The position numbers and the translations under genes were made by a program. Shown here piece after piece: positions 27,530 through 39,669 of a DNA stretch of 64,000 nt (positions are counted from its first letter, which is position 1; every line of letters starts with the position of its first letter). A model generated the notes under the pieces. That model worked only from the letters and a program-made list of their open reading frames with translations, searched no databases and was not told the DNA's origin. The stretch is from Camelus dromedarius. Lineage: Eukaryota. The DNA lies in NCBI RefSeq assembly GCF_036321535.1, contig NC_087437.1:32552001-32616000 (forward strand), written 5' to 3'.

Positions 27530-28055
27530 TAAGCATATACATATTATTTTTATTTTTATTGAAGTATAGTTGATTTAAAATATATTAGTTTCAGGTGTAT
27601 AGGGCAATGATTCAGTATTTTACAGATTATACTCAAAAGTTATTACAAAATAACTGTGGGGAGGGGGATAAATTAAGAGTGTGGAATTAACAGACACATA
27701 CCACTATATATGAAATAGATAAACAAAAAGGATTTACTGTATAGCACAGGGAACTAAATTCAATACCTTGTAATAATCTATCATGGAAAAGAATCTGAAG
27801 TGTGTGTGTGTGTGTGTGGTGTGTACACATATATATATATAAATTGAATCACTTCGCTGTATACCTAAAAGTAACACAACACTGTAAATCAACAATAGTT
27901 CAATTTTAAAAGGATAATAGCTATAATTCCCTGTGCTGTGTAATATATCCTTCTTGCTTATCTATTTTATACACAATAGTTTATACCTCTTAATCCCATA
28001 CCCCTAACATACCCCTCTCACCTTCCCTCTCCCCACTGGTAACCACTAGTTTGTT
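27530..28055 (-). mobile_element. L1 3' end (outer element of a nested pair)
   Basis: TTTATTGAAGTATAGTTGATTT..GGTAACCACTAGTTTGTT; TSD TTAGATTGAGGAATATTTT (27511-27529) vs TTAGATTGAAGAGTATCTT (28056-28074), 16/19 match. Confidence 0.85.
27657..27910 (+). mobile_element. L1 3' end nested antisense in the previous L1; contains (TG)n(TA)n
   Basis: GGGATAAATTAAGAGTGTGGAATTAACAGAC..CTGTATAGCACAGGGAACTA..; same family as the copies at 17592 and 61500. Confidence 0.85.
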
Positions 28056-28392
28056 TTAGATTGAAGAGTATCTTGGTGACTGATATTTGGTACCAGCTGT
28101 ATTAGAAAACTTGCCTGTCATTTGCTGACAGTGTAACACTATGTTCACTGACCTAAGGACTTTCACAGAGAAATAAATTGGAAATGTAAATTTTTTAAAA
28201 AGGAGAATAGGGGAATGAACAGTCATTTCAAAAGTCTTTTCAATGACAAGGCTAGGAGGTCTTTGGAATGTATGGCTATATTCCAATGCACAGCCATCTT
28301 GCATTCTGCAGGGATTCAGGAAGTTGAAAGGTGTACTATCTGTTCTATGTGTGTCTGCTCATTCATTCAGTGAGGGCTTGATGCTGGTAGGA

Positions 28393-28606
28393 CAGGGGTC
28401 CTCAACAATAGCACTATTGACATTTTGGGTCAGGTTATTCTTTGTTGTGTAGGATGTTTAGCAGCATCCCTGGTCACTACCCAGTAGAAGTCAGTAGTCA
28501 CTCCCTCTCCCCCAACCTCCACTTGTGAACTGCAACAACAAAAATTGTCTCCACACATTCTTAATATCCCCATTAGACAAAGTCACCACCCAGCTGAGAA
28601 AATGCT
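28393..28606. mobile_element. MER20 (hAT-Charlie)
   Basis: CAGGGGTCCTCAAC..GCACTATTGACATTTTGGG..GGATGTTTAGCAGCATCCCTGG..CAGCTGAGAA. Confidence 0.85.
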
Positions 28607-30507
28607 AGGTACTATCCCCACTCTGAAACTAGGGACCCCCAAACACTGCAATCATGCCTAAACTGTGGACATAGAGGACCTAGCCTCTACAGAAGGGTCT
28701 CTACAGAAATGTATGAGCCCAGAGCTACACTTCTAATATAATCTAAAAGTATTTAAACATCCTGGGGGAGGACATGGGATCGTGTCCTACAACAGTTGCC
28801 TAATTATCATACCTTCCTTATGAACACATCTGAAATACTGGAATTTGGCTCTCGCCAGGTCTCTGAATTACCCATGAACTTGCAAGCAGCAAAGGTACAA
28901 ACTTCCATAGTAGTGACTTAAAAAAGGAAACAAGCACCGCATTTTAGCAAATGACAAAGAAATGTTCCAACCTATGCTATATACCTGTGCTAGATATTGT
29001 TCAATCTAGCTGAGGTTTTCTGCTTTTTCTTTTTTTTTTTTAAGAGAAATCTAATCAAGAGGTCCAAATGGTTAAAAAAACAAAAGTAAAGAATTTGACA
29101 AAAGTAACATGTGAAACAGAGCAGCTTAGCAGACAAATGAAAGCCTCTCTCTCATGGGAGAAAATGGTCTTTTGTTTCACTCACCCAAGCTTAATATACA
29201 GACATTTAAGAAAATCTGTCCCCAAATGGCCATTTCTTTTCTCATGACAAAGATCCTAAATATTTTTTGTTGTGGGGGGAAAAAAAGTACTCCACTAACA
29301 AAAAGCAGCTGTAGACATTTTGTGATTCTTTTTAGAAAACATAACCGAAGACACATAGTCTAATTCACTGCAGCTGAAATTTCATTTACTAACTAACCAC
29401 ACTAATGAGCAGCTGCCCAGGGACTTCTAATTAGATTCACTGTATTTCTGTCACTGACATTAATTTCCTTCAGCTTCTAGAAAAAGTTTGATGTTTTCTG
29501 GATTTCTTAAGCAGGAAAAATGTAAGGATTTCAATAGTTTTTAACAAATCCTAATTTTGTAACTGCTGCAGTTTTATGGCATATTTCTGAATTGAGAAAG
29601 CACAATGTTGACATTCCTACACATGTTAACACTCATTTTATCAAGATGGCTGGTTAGGTCAAAAGATTAAGTCCATATAGCCATCAAGTCATGTTCTCCA
29701 AATCAAAATTACATTCAAAGGACTTTCAAAAGATCAGCTTCCAACTAGTTTTCTACTTGCTAATTCCACAACTAAAAATGAACTGTTTTGCTACCATCTT
29801 ATTATAATTGTATTACACTGAATTTCCTCAGCATGAAATTAAAAGGCATACTTTTCAAATGAATCTTCTATGTCTCTTTTATTACATAAATAAACAAATA
29901 AACACGATGCAAGCACCACCTAGTTTATAAGCACCAGATTTACAAAGGACCCATACGTTTAAATGGCCACAGCCGCCCTACCCACACCCCAGCCATGTGC
30001 TGTCCCAACTGAGGAAGCCTTTGTGGAAAAGCTCAGACCTTTCAGAAAGAAAGTGGAATCCTAAATAATAGGCATTAAGAGATGATCCAGCATAGGGCCT
30101 ATGTGGTGTCCACTCCCTTCTTGAAAAGTACCTTCCACTGTACAAGGCCAGAAGTTCTGTATATCTCCTTATTACAGCGTCTAATATTCTTCAAATTACA
30201 AATCTCTTTGAATTAACAAGCTTCTTTAAAATGCAAATAACTCCCAGAGAGGTAATTATATTCTTTAATTAATTAAGGCAGATTGCATTGCTCTTAATAC
30301 CTAACTAACGTTATCTGTAATGAAGGATTACCAGGCAGCGGTAGCCACTGAACAGTAGGAGGGGCACAAGGAGCAGCTGTGGAGAGGGTTGCGGTGGTGG
30401 CAGCAGCAAACAATGACTCTGTGCCAGGCCCTCTGCTAAGAGCACTATGTGGATTACACTACTTCACCCTCTCAAAATTTCTGGGAAAGAATTTCAGGGA
30501 AGCAAAG

Positions 30508-30690
30508 TAGTGGTTCTCAAAGTATGGCCCCTAGACCAGCTGCATCAACCTGCGAATCTGTTACAAATGCAAGTTCTCAGGCCCCAGCACAGACCTACTG
30601 AATCAGAAATTCTAGGGGTGGGCCCAGAAATCTGTGTTTGAACAAACCCTCCAGGCGATTCTGATGCATGCTAAAGTCTGAGAATCACTA
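30508..30690. mobile_element. MER5A (hAT-Charlie)
   Basis: Terminal inverted repeats TAGTGGTTCTCAAAGT..AGTCTGAGAATCACTA; internal AGACCTACTGAATCAGAA. Confidence 0.9.
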
Positions 30691-31365
30691 GGTTACAGAT
30701 TTGAAGGAAAAAAGGCTACATGCAACACACACGCATGCATGCACACACTCATATACACATTCATACTAAAGTAAAGTTTCCAACTTATTTCTAAAAGAAT
30801 ACATAATCTAAGCAGAAGATGGCTGGTTCCACAGAGCAGGGGCAGACTGCACATCCCTTAATTTGCTTCCCAAGGCCCTGGAATTCCCAACAGCAATTAA
30901 TGATGTCTGTGCAAGATGGACCTAGGGAGTTAACTTCATGCTGTGCCACAGCCCATTCTTTCAAAGGAACTCAAACCACCTCTCTGTTATTAAGGGAAAT
31001 GGTGGATGATAGCGGACCTTTCCTAGTTCTTGGGATAAACTCAGAGACCACATTTTCAAACCGAGGAGGAAAAGCCAAGTCAACCCTCACAGGCTTATTT
31101 GTGCGATTCGCTGCCCCCAGCTGGGTGGAGTCCCAAAAAGCTCATTTCACCACAGTAGTTCTGGTAGAATCCCTATTTCACAAGTGCATAAATTCAATTC
31201 AGAGAGGTTAAGTAAGTAGCCCAAGAGCATGGAGAGGAAATTGCAAAGTCTAGACCAGAGAAACCCAAGGGGAACTCCAAAATCCAAGTTCTAAGCCACT
31301 TATGATTAAGGAGAAAGGATATGTAGGTACCTGGGGAGCATGAAGCATTCACAGGAGAGCACGTA

Positions 31366-31379
31366 GTTGCCATAGCAAC
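31366..31379. promoter_or_regulatory. RFX X-box motif
   Basis: GTTGCCATAGCAAC matches the consensus GTNRCC-N(0-3)-RGYAAC, in non-repetitive DNA. Confidence 0.5.
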
Positions 31380-31769
31380 CATTTTAGAACAGAATGAGAA
31401 GGGTACCCAGCAAAACTGAGGGCAGGACCAGAACAAACTATCTGGTTCAAAACTCACCAGGGCCAGTCCCAAGCCCCAGGAAGGGAGACGAGGTGCCTCG
31501 TCTTTCTCCTTCTTTCATATGACCCTGCTCTTCCTATTGGTATGAGATTTCAAGTAAATGTGAATCCCAGAGCTTCAGAGGAGTGGGTGGAGATGAGAAT
31601 CAATATTTAAAATGCATCTGGGAAAAATATGCTCTGAGTTACCACCAAACAACTGAAAAACAAAGCTTTGGAAACAACCCATTCTTTGAGTAAGATCTGC
31701 ACATTTAATCATTCATCTTCTTTTACACTTAGTTGCCACTTATACTGGCATTTCTTGTGATCCTGCACT

Positions 31770-32220
31770 GGTTATTCCCAGGTTGACCTCTCAGGTAAAC
31801 TCTCCACTGTGCTCTGTGCTCCAGGTGACTGACTCCCATGCTTTATCTGACTCCTTAATCCTCTGGCTCTGATTGGTTTCAGCGAATGGGAGGCCAAGGC
31901 AGGAGAACAAAGAATGGGAGGAATCTGAGTAGTTATTCCCTCCATCCCTCTCTGCTGTGCCAGCTTGACAAGAGCTGCCTTCCTTCACTTACAGCCACAG
32001 GTCCTGGGAGACATCCCCTCCCAATGGCTCTAGCTCTCATGGAGGTCTGGTGACTGCTCCCTCCCCTTCTGAGCTAGGGGTGCTAACAGCTCACCCTGTT
32101 CCCAGGCCCTGGGTACTTCACCATCTCTTGGTGACTCTCTACATCCTTTGTAATTAATCCCATCATTGGACTGTTTCCAGAGTGAGCTATCTGCTTCCTG
32201 CTGAGACCCTGAGCGATGCA
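31770..32220 (+). mobile_element. ERVL solo LTR (LTR33-like)
   Basis: CCTCTGGCTCTGATTGGTTTCAGCGAATGGGAGG..CTAGGGGTGCTAACAGC..ATCTGCTTCCTGCTGAGACCCTGA. Confidence 0.7.
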
Positions 32221-34309
32221 GACCACAACCATGGATTTATAAGCAAGATGCTTTCCACCAGATCCTTATTTGCTTCCTTTTTCAATGCACCAGTTTGCAT
32301 CATGCTTTCAATTGCAAAAGTCTTATCACTGCATAAAGATCATGTGAACAATTTATATAAAACAATTTTTATAGTAAGTGCTCAGTAAATAGCAAATGAC
32401 ATTATTGTCATTACCACTGTTGTCATTGGTATTAATGTTTATTACTAGAACTAAAGGCAAGAACATAACTTAGAGGAAGACACATTTTCAATTAACAAAG
32501 ATGAGCCTTTTAATGATTACAGGGTCCAGCAAAGAAATGGCCAACATTATGAACAGAATTTTTATGAAGTACTTTCATGTCTGTGTTCTCATATCATCTT
32601 CACAACAACCCTGTGGGGTAGATGTACTCACATCCTTTTGTTCAGACAGGAAACAGATTTAGAGGGTTTGTAAGGACTTACCCAACAGCAGAGCTACTGA
32701 ATGTTGGAGCAGCATTGAAATCTTGCTGTAGGGCCAGGTTTACACACAGAATTCATCCAGAAGCCAAAAGGGGCAGCTGATGAGCAGTGTGGGAGGAGAA
32801 ACAAGGGATGGCACCTCTCATTCTCTCTGCCCCAATCTGCCCACCTGAGTCCCAGTTAGATGTGCTGTGGTTTGCCGTGTTGTAAAATCTTGCTCTGACA
32901 AGAAAAGGAAAAATAAAACGGAGGTAGGCTAATGCGTCAATAGATTATCAAGTGTGTGATGACTCAGGTTAAGAAGGAATGAAGGCACTGAAGGGGAAGT
33001 ATATGATAGAGTCATGATGAAATACATACTTCTTAAATATCTGACCACTGCTGAGAGCCACCTGGGAAGGAATGAGTAATCCATGGCAAACAACCCAGCA
33101 GGGCAGAGTGAGGGAGTGCATAAAACAGCAGTAGACCTGGCCTCCTTTCATCTTAAATCTTTCTACACAACAGTGGAAAAGAGCTTCATGGGTAATGATG
33201 CAAAATTGATTGAGTGCATTGTCCTTCATATTAGCTGATCCTCTATATCTGCATTTCCAAATATTATCAAGGGTCCCAGAAATTATGGTGCATATCATGA
33301 AATTCATGTTGGACAAAATCAAGAAGGGCAATAGCCTTAGTAAACACATACTATTAGAGGGAAAGAAACTTGGTGTTCAACCTAACATTTGATTTTGTTA
33401 ATATAAATAATATATTAACAAGTGAGCAAGTTGAATTTGATCCAAACCACTCTACTGTAAGTGCTTTGCTAAAACTTACTGATGATATTTACTTCTATAA
33501 ATAACTGCCATAATTGGAATAGCATTCTAGATACATCAGTTTATATCCTTTGACAAATACCCTTTTAAAGATCTTTATCATTACAAGCATTTTAGAGGAA
33601 CATTTGAATTAGATGGTTGGGGAGTGGTGTCTGACCACTCCTTCTGTGGGATGAAACATTTCAGAGGATGTACAGGATTGGGGCAGGTAGACTGGGGAGG
33701 GATAAGATCTTCCAGAGTAGATGTAGTAAAATGCTGGTGATGGGAGACTTAGTCAACATAGAAACAGTGATTGAAAGCCAGAATTCTCACTAATTAATAG
33801 ACTCATCAAAGAAATGTGAGTGAGAAATTCTAGCCTTTCCTTCTACCCAGGGAGAATTCATCTTTAGCAATCACTCAGATGCCAAGGAACATTTTCTTCT
33901 AATTAGTGGAGATAGCAAGATCTAGAGAAGAGAGGCCACTGGAGATCTGAAAGGATGTGAGCTTTGTTGACAAAAGAACTGACGCCAGTGCCAGCTTCCT
34001 GACCCTTCCTGGCTGTTTCCATGTGGGCAGTCCCATTAGGCTTGTTCCAAATGGACTATAAAATGGGACTAATCCTGTCTCACAAAGTTGCCATGAAGAT
34101 TAAATACAATTACATATCCAAGTATATTTTATGAAGGTTAAAACACTATAGGAATGTTAGTTGTTGTTTGCATGGGTTAAAAAAAGGCATTATATTTTGG
34201 GGGAAAGTTCCTTTCAGTGCTGAGAAAATGACACAAGGAGTACCATAAACTTGAGATGAACAGGACAGAATAATTAATGTAGCCAGAAGCTCTGCAGAGA
34301 GAAAAGCAA

Positions 34310-34880
34310 TAACAATGACTGCAACTTATTAAGCACCTAGTATATGCTATTCACCTTATATTCCTAAAGAATCATCCCACAAGGTACTTATTATTCCCAT
34401 TTTACAGAAAATAAAACAAACTCAAAGTGGTCACCTGACTTTCCAAAGGGCACACAAGGAATGTAACCAGCTAAGATTTGAACCCAGGGATGTTTGACTC
34501 AAATAGACCACATCCTTAAACTTAACATAAAGTCCAATATTGTAGTAAACATCAATGAGGCAATGCACAGGAGAAACAAATCTCCCAAGAATCCTGCATT
34601 TTTATTAGTTGTCCTCCAGACATTTAGAAAATAATAATAACCATGCCCACAATACAATGAGGACATACTTCATGCCCAGCACTGTACCAGGCTCTTCACA
34701 CACATTTTCTCATTCAATTTTCAAGAGCCTTATGAAGAAGATATTACTAGTGCTACTTTGCAGATAAGGAAATAGACCTAAAAAAAGGTTAGGAAACTTG
34801 CTCAAGGGCCTTGAAGAGGTGCCAGGACTTGAAACAGGTGTCTTATCCTGGAGGCTGTGTTCCTTCTACTACCCAACACT
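34310..34880 (-). mobile_element. Two adjacent MIR SINEs
   Basis: TATTCCCATTTTACAGAAAATAAAAC..GATTTGAACCCAGG and ACTTTGCAGATAAGGAAATAGA..GGACTTGAA. Confidence 0.75.
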
Positions 34881-36727
34881 GCTGCCCTTCAAGCCTCTAA
34901 CAAGCCTTTTCATGTCTGGATGGATGCATGCAAGTTAGAGGTGGACTAAGACATCCAGCGGTCTCTTCCAGAATCCAGACCGCCCCAGTCTCCAACACCA
35001 GCATCTCTCCTTCTCCAGTCATCAGCATGTCTAACCTGGAAGGTCTTCTCCCTTTCTGCTCCACCTATCCAGATGCTATATATCCTTCAAGCTCAGGTCT
35101 CACTTCTTCAGCAAGCCGCTTTACCCATTTTCAGTCAAATCAATGTCTTTTATCCTTGATCTACTAAATCATTCTTAGTTGGACCAATATACTTAAGCAT
35201 TTAGTCATATAATATGGCATAGTCTTTTTAACCTATTACATTCTATTACATGATGAAGTAGCACGATAATAGTGGAGTTCTAGCCTGGATTACCCACCAA
35301 CTAGAACTATAACCTCAAGTAACTCATTTATAACCTCTCTGAGCCTCAGTTTTCTCAACTCCACGTAAGTATTCTCTAAAGTTCTCTCTAGTTTTAAAAC
35401 TACTGTTTCCATGGCCGTACGTCTTTACTCCACAAGAAAAATGCAAGTTTGTTTATTTTTGCTTTTCCCTATAATATCAGACAGAGAGAAAGCACTGAAT
35501 AAATCCTTGTCAGTTTAAAATGATGAACAAAGAAACAAAATAAATAACATCTAATAGCATGATGGAAGGGGTGTGTGAGAGACCTAATGTAAACACTGTA
35601 GTTCTAGATGGGCAATCAGGAAAATAGGATAAAATTATTTTATCTGCAATGAAAAATAAACTGAAAATGACTCAGTCATTATAAATAAAACCTCCCAAAT
35701 TAACCATTTCCAAAGGATAAGGCAAAAAAGAACCACTGATATAGACTTCACAGGAGAAAAGATAAGCATATATTTGGGTCATATGCTTATTAGCCAAATA
35801 CATGCATATCTCACTGATGAGAATCCACCTTTCTTTATTTGTGGGGGAAGAAATCTAAGTTGTTCAAAAAAAAAAAAATACCAGGGGTTTGCCACTTTTA
35901 ACATTCAACCAAAACTGAGGCAATACATTAATATATAATTTTTTTTCTCTAGCTGGCTTCTATGTCAATGTCTTCCCAGTAAAAGATGACTGAAATTGTA
36001 TAAAAAAAGAATAAAAGCTTACACTTAAAACACGCACAATGTCATATGTCAAATACATCTCAATTTTAAAAAGAATGTACAGGTAATCAGGATCCAAATC
36101 TTATTTTGAATAAAGCCCCAATTTCTAGTTCTATTTCTCAAAAGAAAGCTACAACTTGAATCACTTACTCTTTGGGTTATTTCTGAAACTATTCATGAGT
36201 ACTGATTTTCCATTCTGGTCTTTCAGGTCAATGATTACTTCCATCTTAAATATCACATGGTAAGTGCCATCAAATAATAAGTGATTATGGATACAGCTAT
36301 ATTGATAAAGAAGTTAATGAGAAATCAGACTTTGAAGTATTCAGGTAAAAATTGATACATCATTAACTATCTGAAAATTATCTTTTCTGTTTGTTTGTAT
36401 CCATTATACAGTATGTGTGCTAAAAAATAAGGAAAATGGAAGAGAATAAGAGCAATAAAAGCTTAGAGACCTTTACTTATAACCATCAAAAGAAAGTTTT
36501 CAAAATAAATGTGGCAAAATATGGTATTGAAAAGAAGGAAATTTTTAAGTATTCTTTGCAAAGCTTACCATCTTAACTTATAATATTAATAAAGATTAAT
36601 AGCAATAATCTTTAAATTTTCAAAAATCTACCTAAATAGATCTTTAACCATTCCCCTTTATGAAAACATCCTTATAAAGAAATTATGAAGGCATCTTACA
36701 TGTTATTCCTTTTACTGAAATATAATT

Positions 36728-36805
36728 CTGCATCACTGGGACATTATGCTGTACACCAGAAATTGACACAATGTAACCGACTATACTTCAATTTAAAAAA
36801 AAAAA
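36728..36805 (+). mobile_element. Very short, young L1 3' end
   Basis: CTGGGACATTATGCTGTACACCAGAAATTGACACAATGTAACCGACTATACTTCAA plus A tail; TSD GAAATATAATT (36717-36727) and GAAAAATAATT (36806-36816). Confidence 0.85.
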
Positions 36806-36890
36806 GAAAAATAATTAACATGCCATGAAATTCATCATTTTAAAGTGTAAAATTCAATGGTTTTAGTATATTCACCAAGTTGTTCAACTC

Positions 36891-37328
36891 TGTGGTGGGC
36901 TGAATGGTGCCCCCCCCCAAAAAAAATAAGTACACTAGAACCAGTGAATGTGACCTTAAGATTATAGTTAAATGAGTTGCAGATACAGTTAAGGATCTCA
37001 AGATGAAATCATCCTGGATTATGCCGGTAGGTCCTGAATCCTATGACAAGAGTTCTTGTAAGAAGACACAAAGGAGAAGAAACACAGAGGAGAAGGTGAT
37101 GTAAAGATGAAGACAGAGATTAAAGTGTCCACAAGCCAAGGAATGCCAAGAATTGCCAGCAGCCCTCAAAAGCTAGGTGAGGTGAATGGATTCTCCCTCA
37201 GAGCCTCCACAGAAAGAACCAACATCTTGATTTCAGACTTCTTCCCTCCAGAACTGTGACAGAATAAATTTGTTGTTTTAAGCCACCAAGTTTATGGCAA
37301 TCTACTACACAGCCCTAGAAAACTAACA
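36891..37328 (+). mobile_element. MaLR solo LTR (MLT1B/C-like)
   Basis: TGTGGTGGGCTGAATGGTG..CCACAAGCCAAGGAATGCCAAG..CTCCAGAACTGTGACAGAATAAAT..CCCTAGAAAACTAACA. Confidence 0.9.
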
Positions 37329-38892
37329 AAAATCCTCACTATTTAATTCCAGAATATTTTCATCACCCCTACAAAAAAACATTAGTACTCCTCCCCACAT
37401 CCAGCAACCACTAATCTATTTTCTGTCTCTACGGATCTATTCTGTATATTTAATATAAATGGAATCCTGTAATAATGTGGCCTTTTGTGTCTGACTTCTT
37501 TCACTTAACATGTTTTCAAAGCCTATCCATGTTGTAGCATTTATTATTACTTCATCCTTTTTTGGCTAAATAATATTCTATTATAGGGCAACACCATCCT
37601 ATTTCATGTTTATCAACTGATGGACATTTATGTTATTTCCACTTTGGGCTACTATGAATAGTGCTGCAATGATCATTCATGTGCAAGTTTTTGTACAGAC
37701 ATGTTTTTAATTCTCTGTGACATATACATATACCAAATTCTCTTGGGTATATACATATCCATTTCACCTTGGTCATTTTATTTGTTACCATATAACTGTT
37801 CATAGTATTCCTTTATAATCTTTTTATTCCTTTTAATATTTGTCAATTTTGTTGATCTTATCAAAGAACCAAGTTTTCGATTTTACTTTCTCTATTGCTT
37901 TTCTCCTTTTAAATTACTGACATTTGTTTTATGGCTTAACATATGGTCTATCCTAAAGAATATTCCATATGTACTTGAGAAAAATGTACATTCTACTTCT
38001 GGCAGGTGGAGTGTTTCATGGTGTTAGGTCTGAATGATTTATAATGTTCAAGTCTTCTATTTCCTTTTTAGTCTTCTCACCATTTCTGTATCCAGTAGTA
38101 TTTTGAACTGTCTATTTCATTTGGGGGCTGTTGTTAAGTGCATATATGTCTATGATTATTATTTGTTTCTTTGATGGATTGACCCTTTTACCATTACAAA
38201 GAGTTCTTTAGGTCTCGTTAACAATTTTTGTCTTAAAGTCTAAATTGTGCCTGCTGTTAGTATAGCTACTCTACTTCCCTTTTGGCTACTCACTACATAA
38301 TATATCATTTCCTATCCTTTTACTTTTGATCTATTTGTGTTTTTGAATCTGAAGTGTCTCTTATAGACAACTTAAAGTTGGATCATGTCTTTTTATCCAT
38401 TTTGTTAATCTATCTTTTAATCTTTTATATTTAATGTCATTACCAAGAAGACAGGATTTACGTTTGCCATTTTGCTATTTGTTTTTTACCTGTCACATCT
38501 TTTTTTTGTTCCTCTATTCATCCATTTCTGCCTTCTTTTCTGTTAAATATTTTGTTTGGTTTTCAAGGCTACTGCAGAGCTAGGAAAAGGGAGATGAAAA
38601 CAGGGCAAGTTAAAGGACCACAAAGCTCAATGTATTTACCAAGATTTGGCTGTTTTTCTTGAATACGCCTTGAATTGTTGCAAGACTTTGGTTAATTTCA
38701 AGAGTTTAGAAAACATTGATTTTGACAGTTTTTGCCAGTGTTCCCACTGCTTTTTTGAGGAATGCATTTTCAGAAGTCTATCTGCCATTCTTGCTGTCAC
38801 CTGTTACCTCTTAGAATAACCTCATAGAGACAAATTGGCCATAGTTACTATTATTACTATTTCCATTCATTTATATATTAAGAAAGGAGGTG

Positions 38893-39482
38893 TGTACATT
38901 TTCTATTGCTACTATAACAAATTTCCAGAAACTAAGTGGCTTAAAACAATACAAATATATTACTTTCCAGTTCTGTAGGTCAGAGGTCTGGCATGGGTTT
39001 CTTCAGGCTAATATCAAGGTGTTGGCAAGGCTGCATTCCTTTCTGGAGTCTTTAAGAAAGAATCCATTTCCTTGCTCATTCAGGCTTTTGGTAGAATTTA
39101 GTTCCTTACAGTTACAGGACTGAGTTCCCTGTTTTCTTTCTGGCTGTCAGCCAAGGGATTCCCAGCTTCCATGGCCACCCACATTCCTTGGTTTGTGGCC
39201 AGCTTCCTCCATCTTCTAGGCCAGCAATTATGGGTCAAGTCCCTCTCATACTTCAAATCTTTCCTGCATTTTCTTCTGTCCTCAGATGTCTCTAACCCAC
39301 CATCTGCCTTTCTCTTCCACATTTAAGGACACTTTAATCGAGGATACTCCTCCTACTTTAAGGTTTGTTTCCTTAATTCCACCTGTAAACTTCCCTTATT
39401 ATATAACATATCACATGTTCCAGGTTTAGAACCTGGACATTTAGCTGGGAGCAGGGAGAGGGACATTATTCTGCCTACCACA
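38893..39482 (-). mobile_element. MaLR solo LTR (MLT1D/E-like) inserted in a MIR
   Basis: TTCTATTGCTACTATAACAAAT..CAGTTCTGTAGGTCAGAGGTCTG..ATTATTCTGCCTACCACA. Confidence 0.85.
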
Positions 39483-39669
39483 CTAGAGCTCACAGAGCTT
39501 ATGGGACAAAGCTAACAAGTAGCAGAAGTAGCCTAAAATATAGGCCTTCCGATGTCTTCTTCAGTGCTCTTTTCACCACATCTCTGATGCACAGTGATGT
39601 AACAGTCTAACCAGACAAACTGCTTGTATGATCCCCTTAGGGACATTCTGGTCGAACTGATAATTCTGA

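Larger units (their letters stand above)
36710..38790 (-). mobile_element. Old L1 (L1MB/M4-like), heavily deleted internally
   Basis: Antisense 3'UTR at 36710-37760, ORF2-like pieces at 37770-38550, 5'-end-like segment ending CTGCCATTCTT near 38790. Confidence 0.75.
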
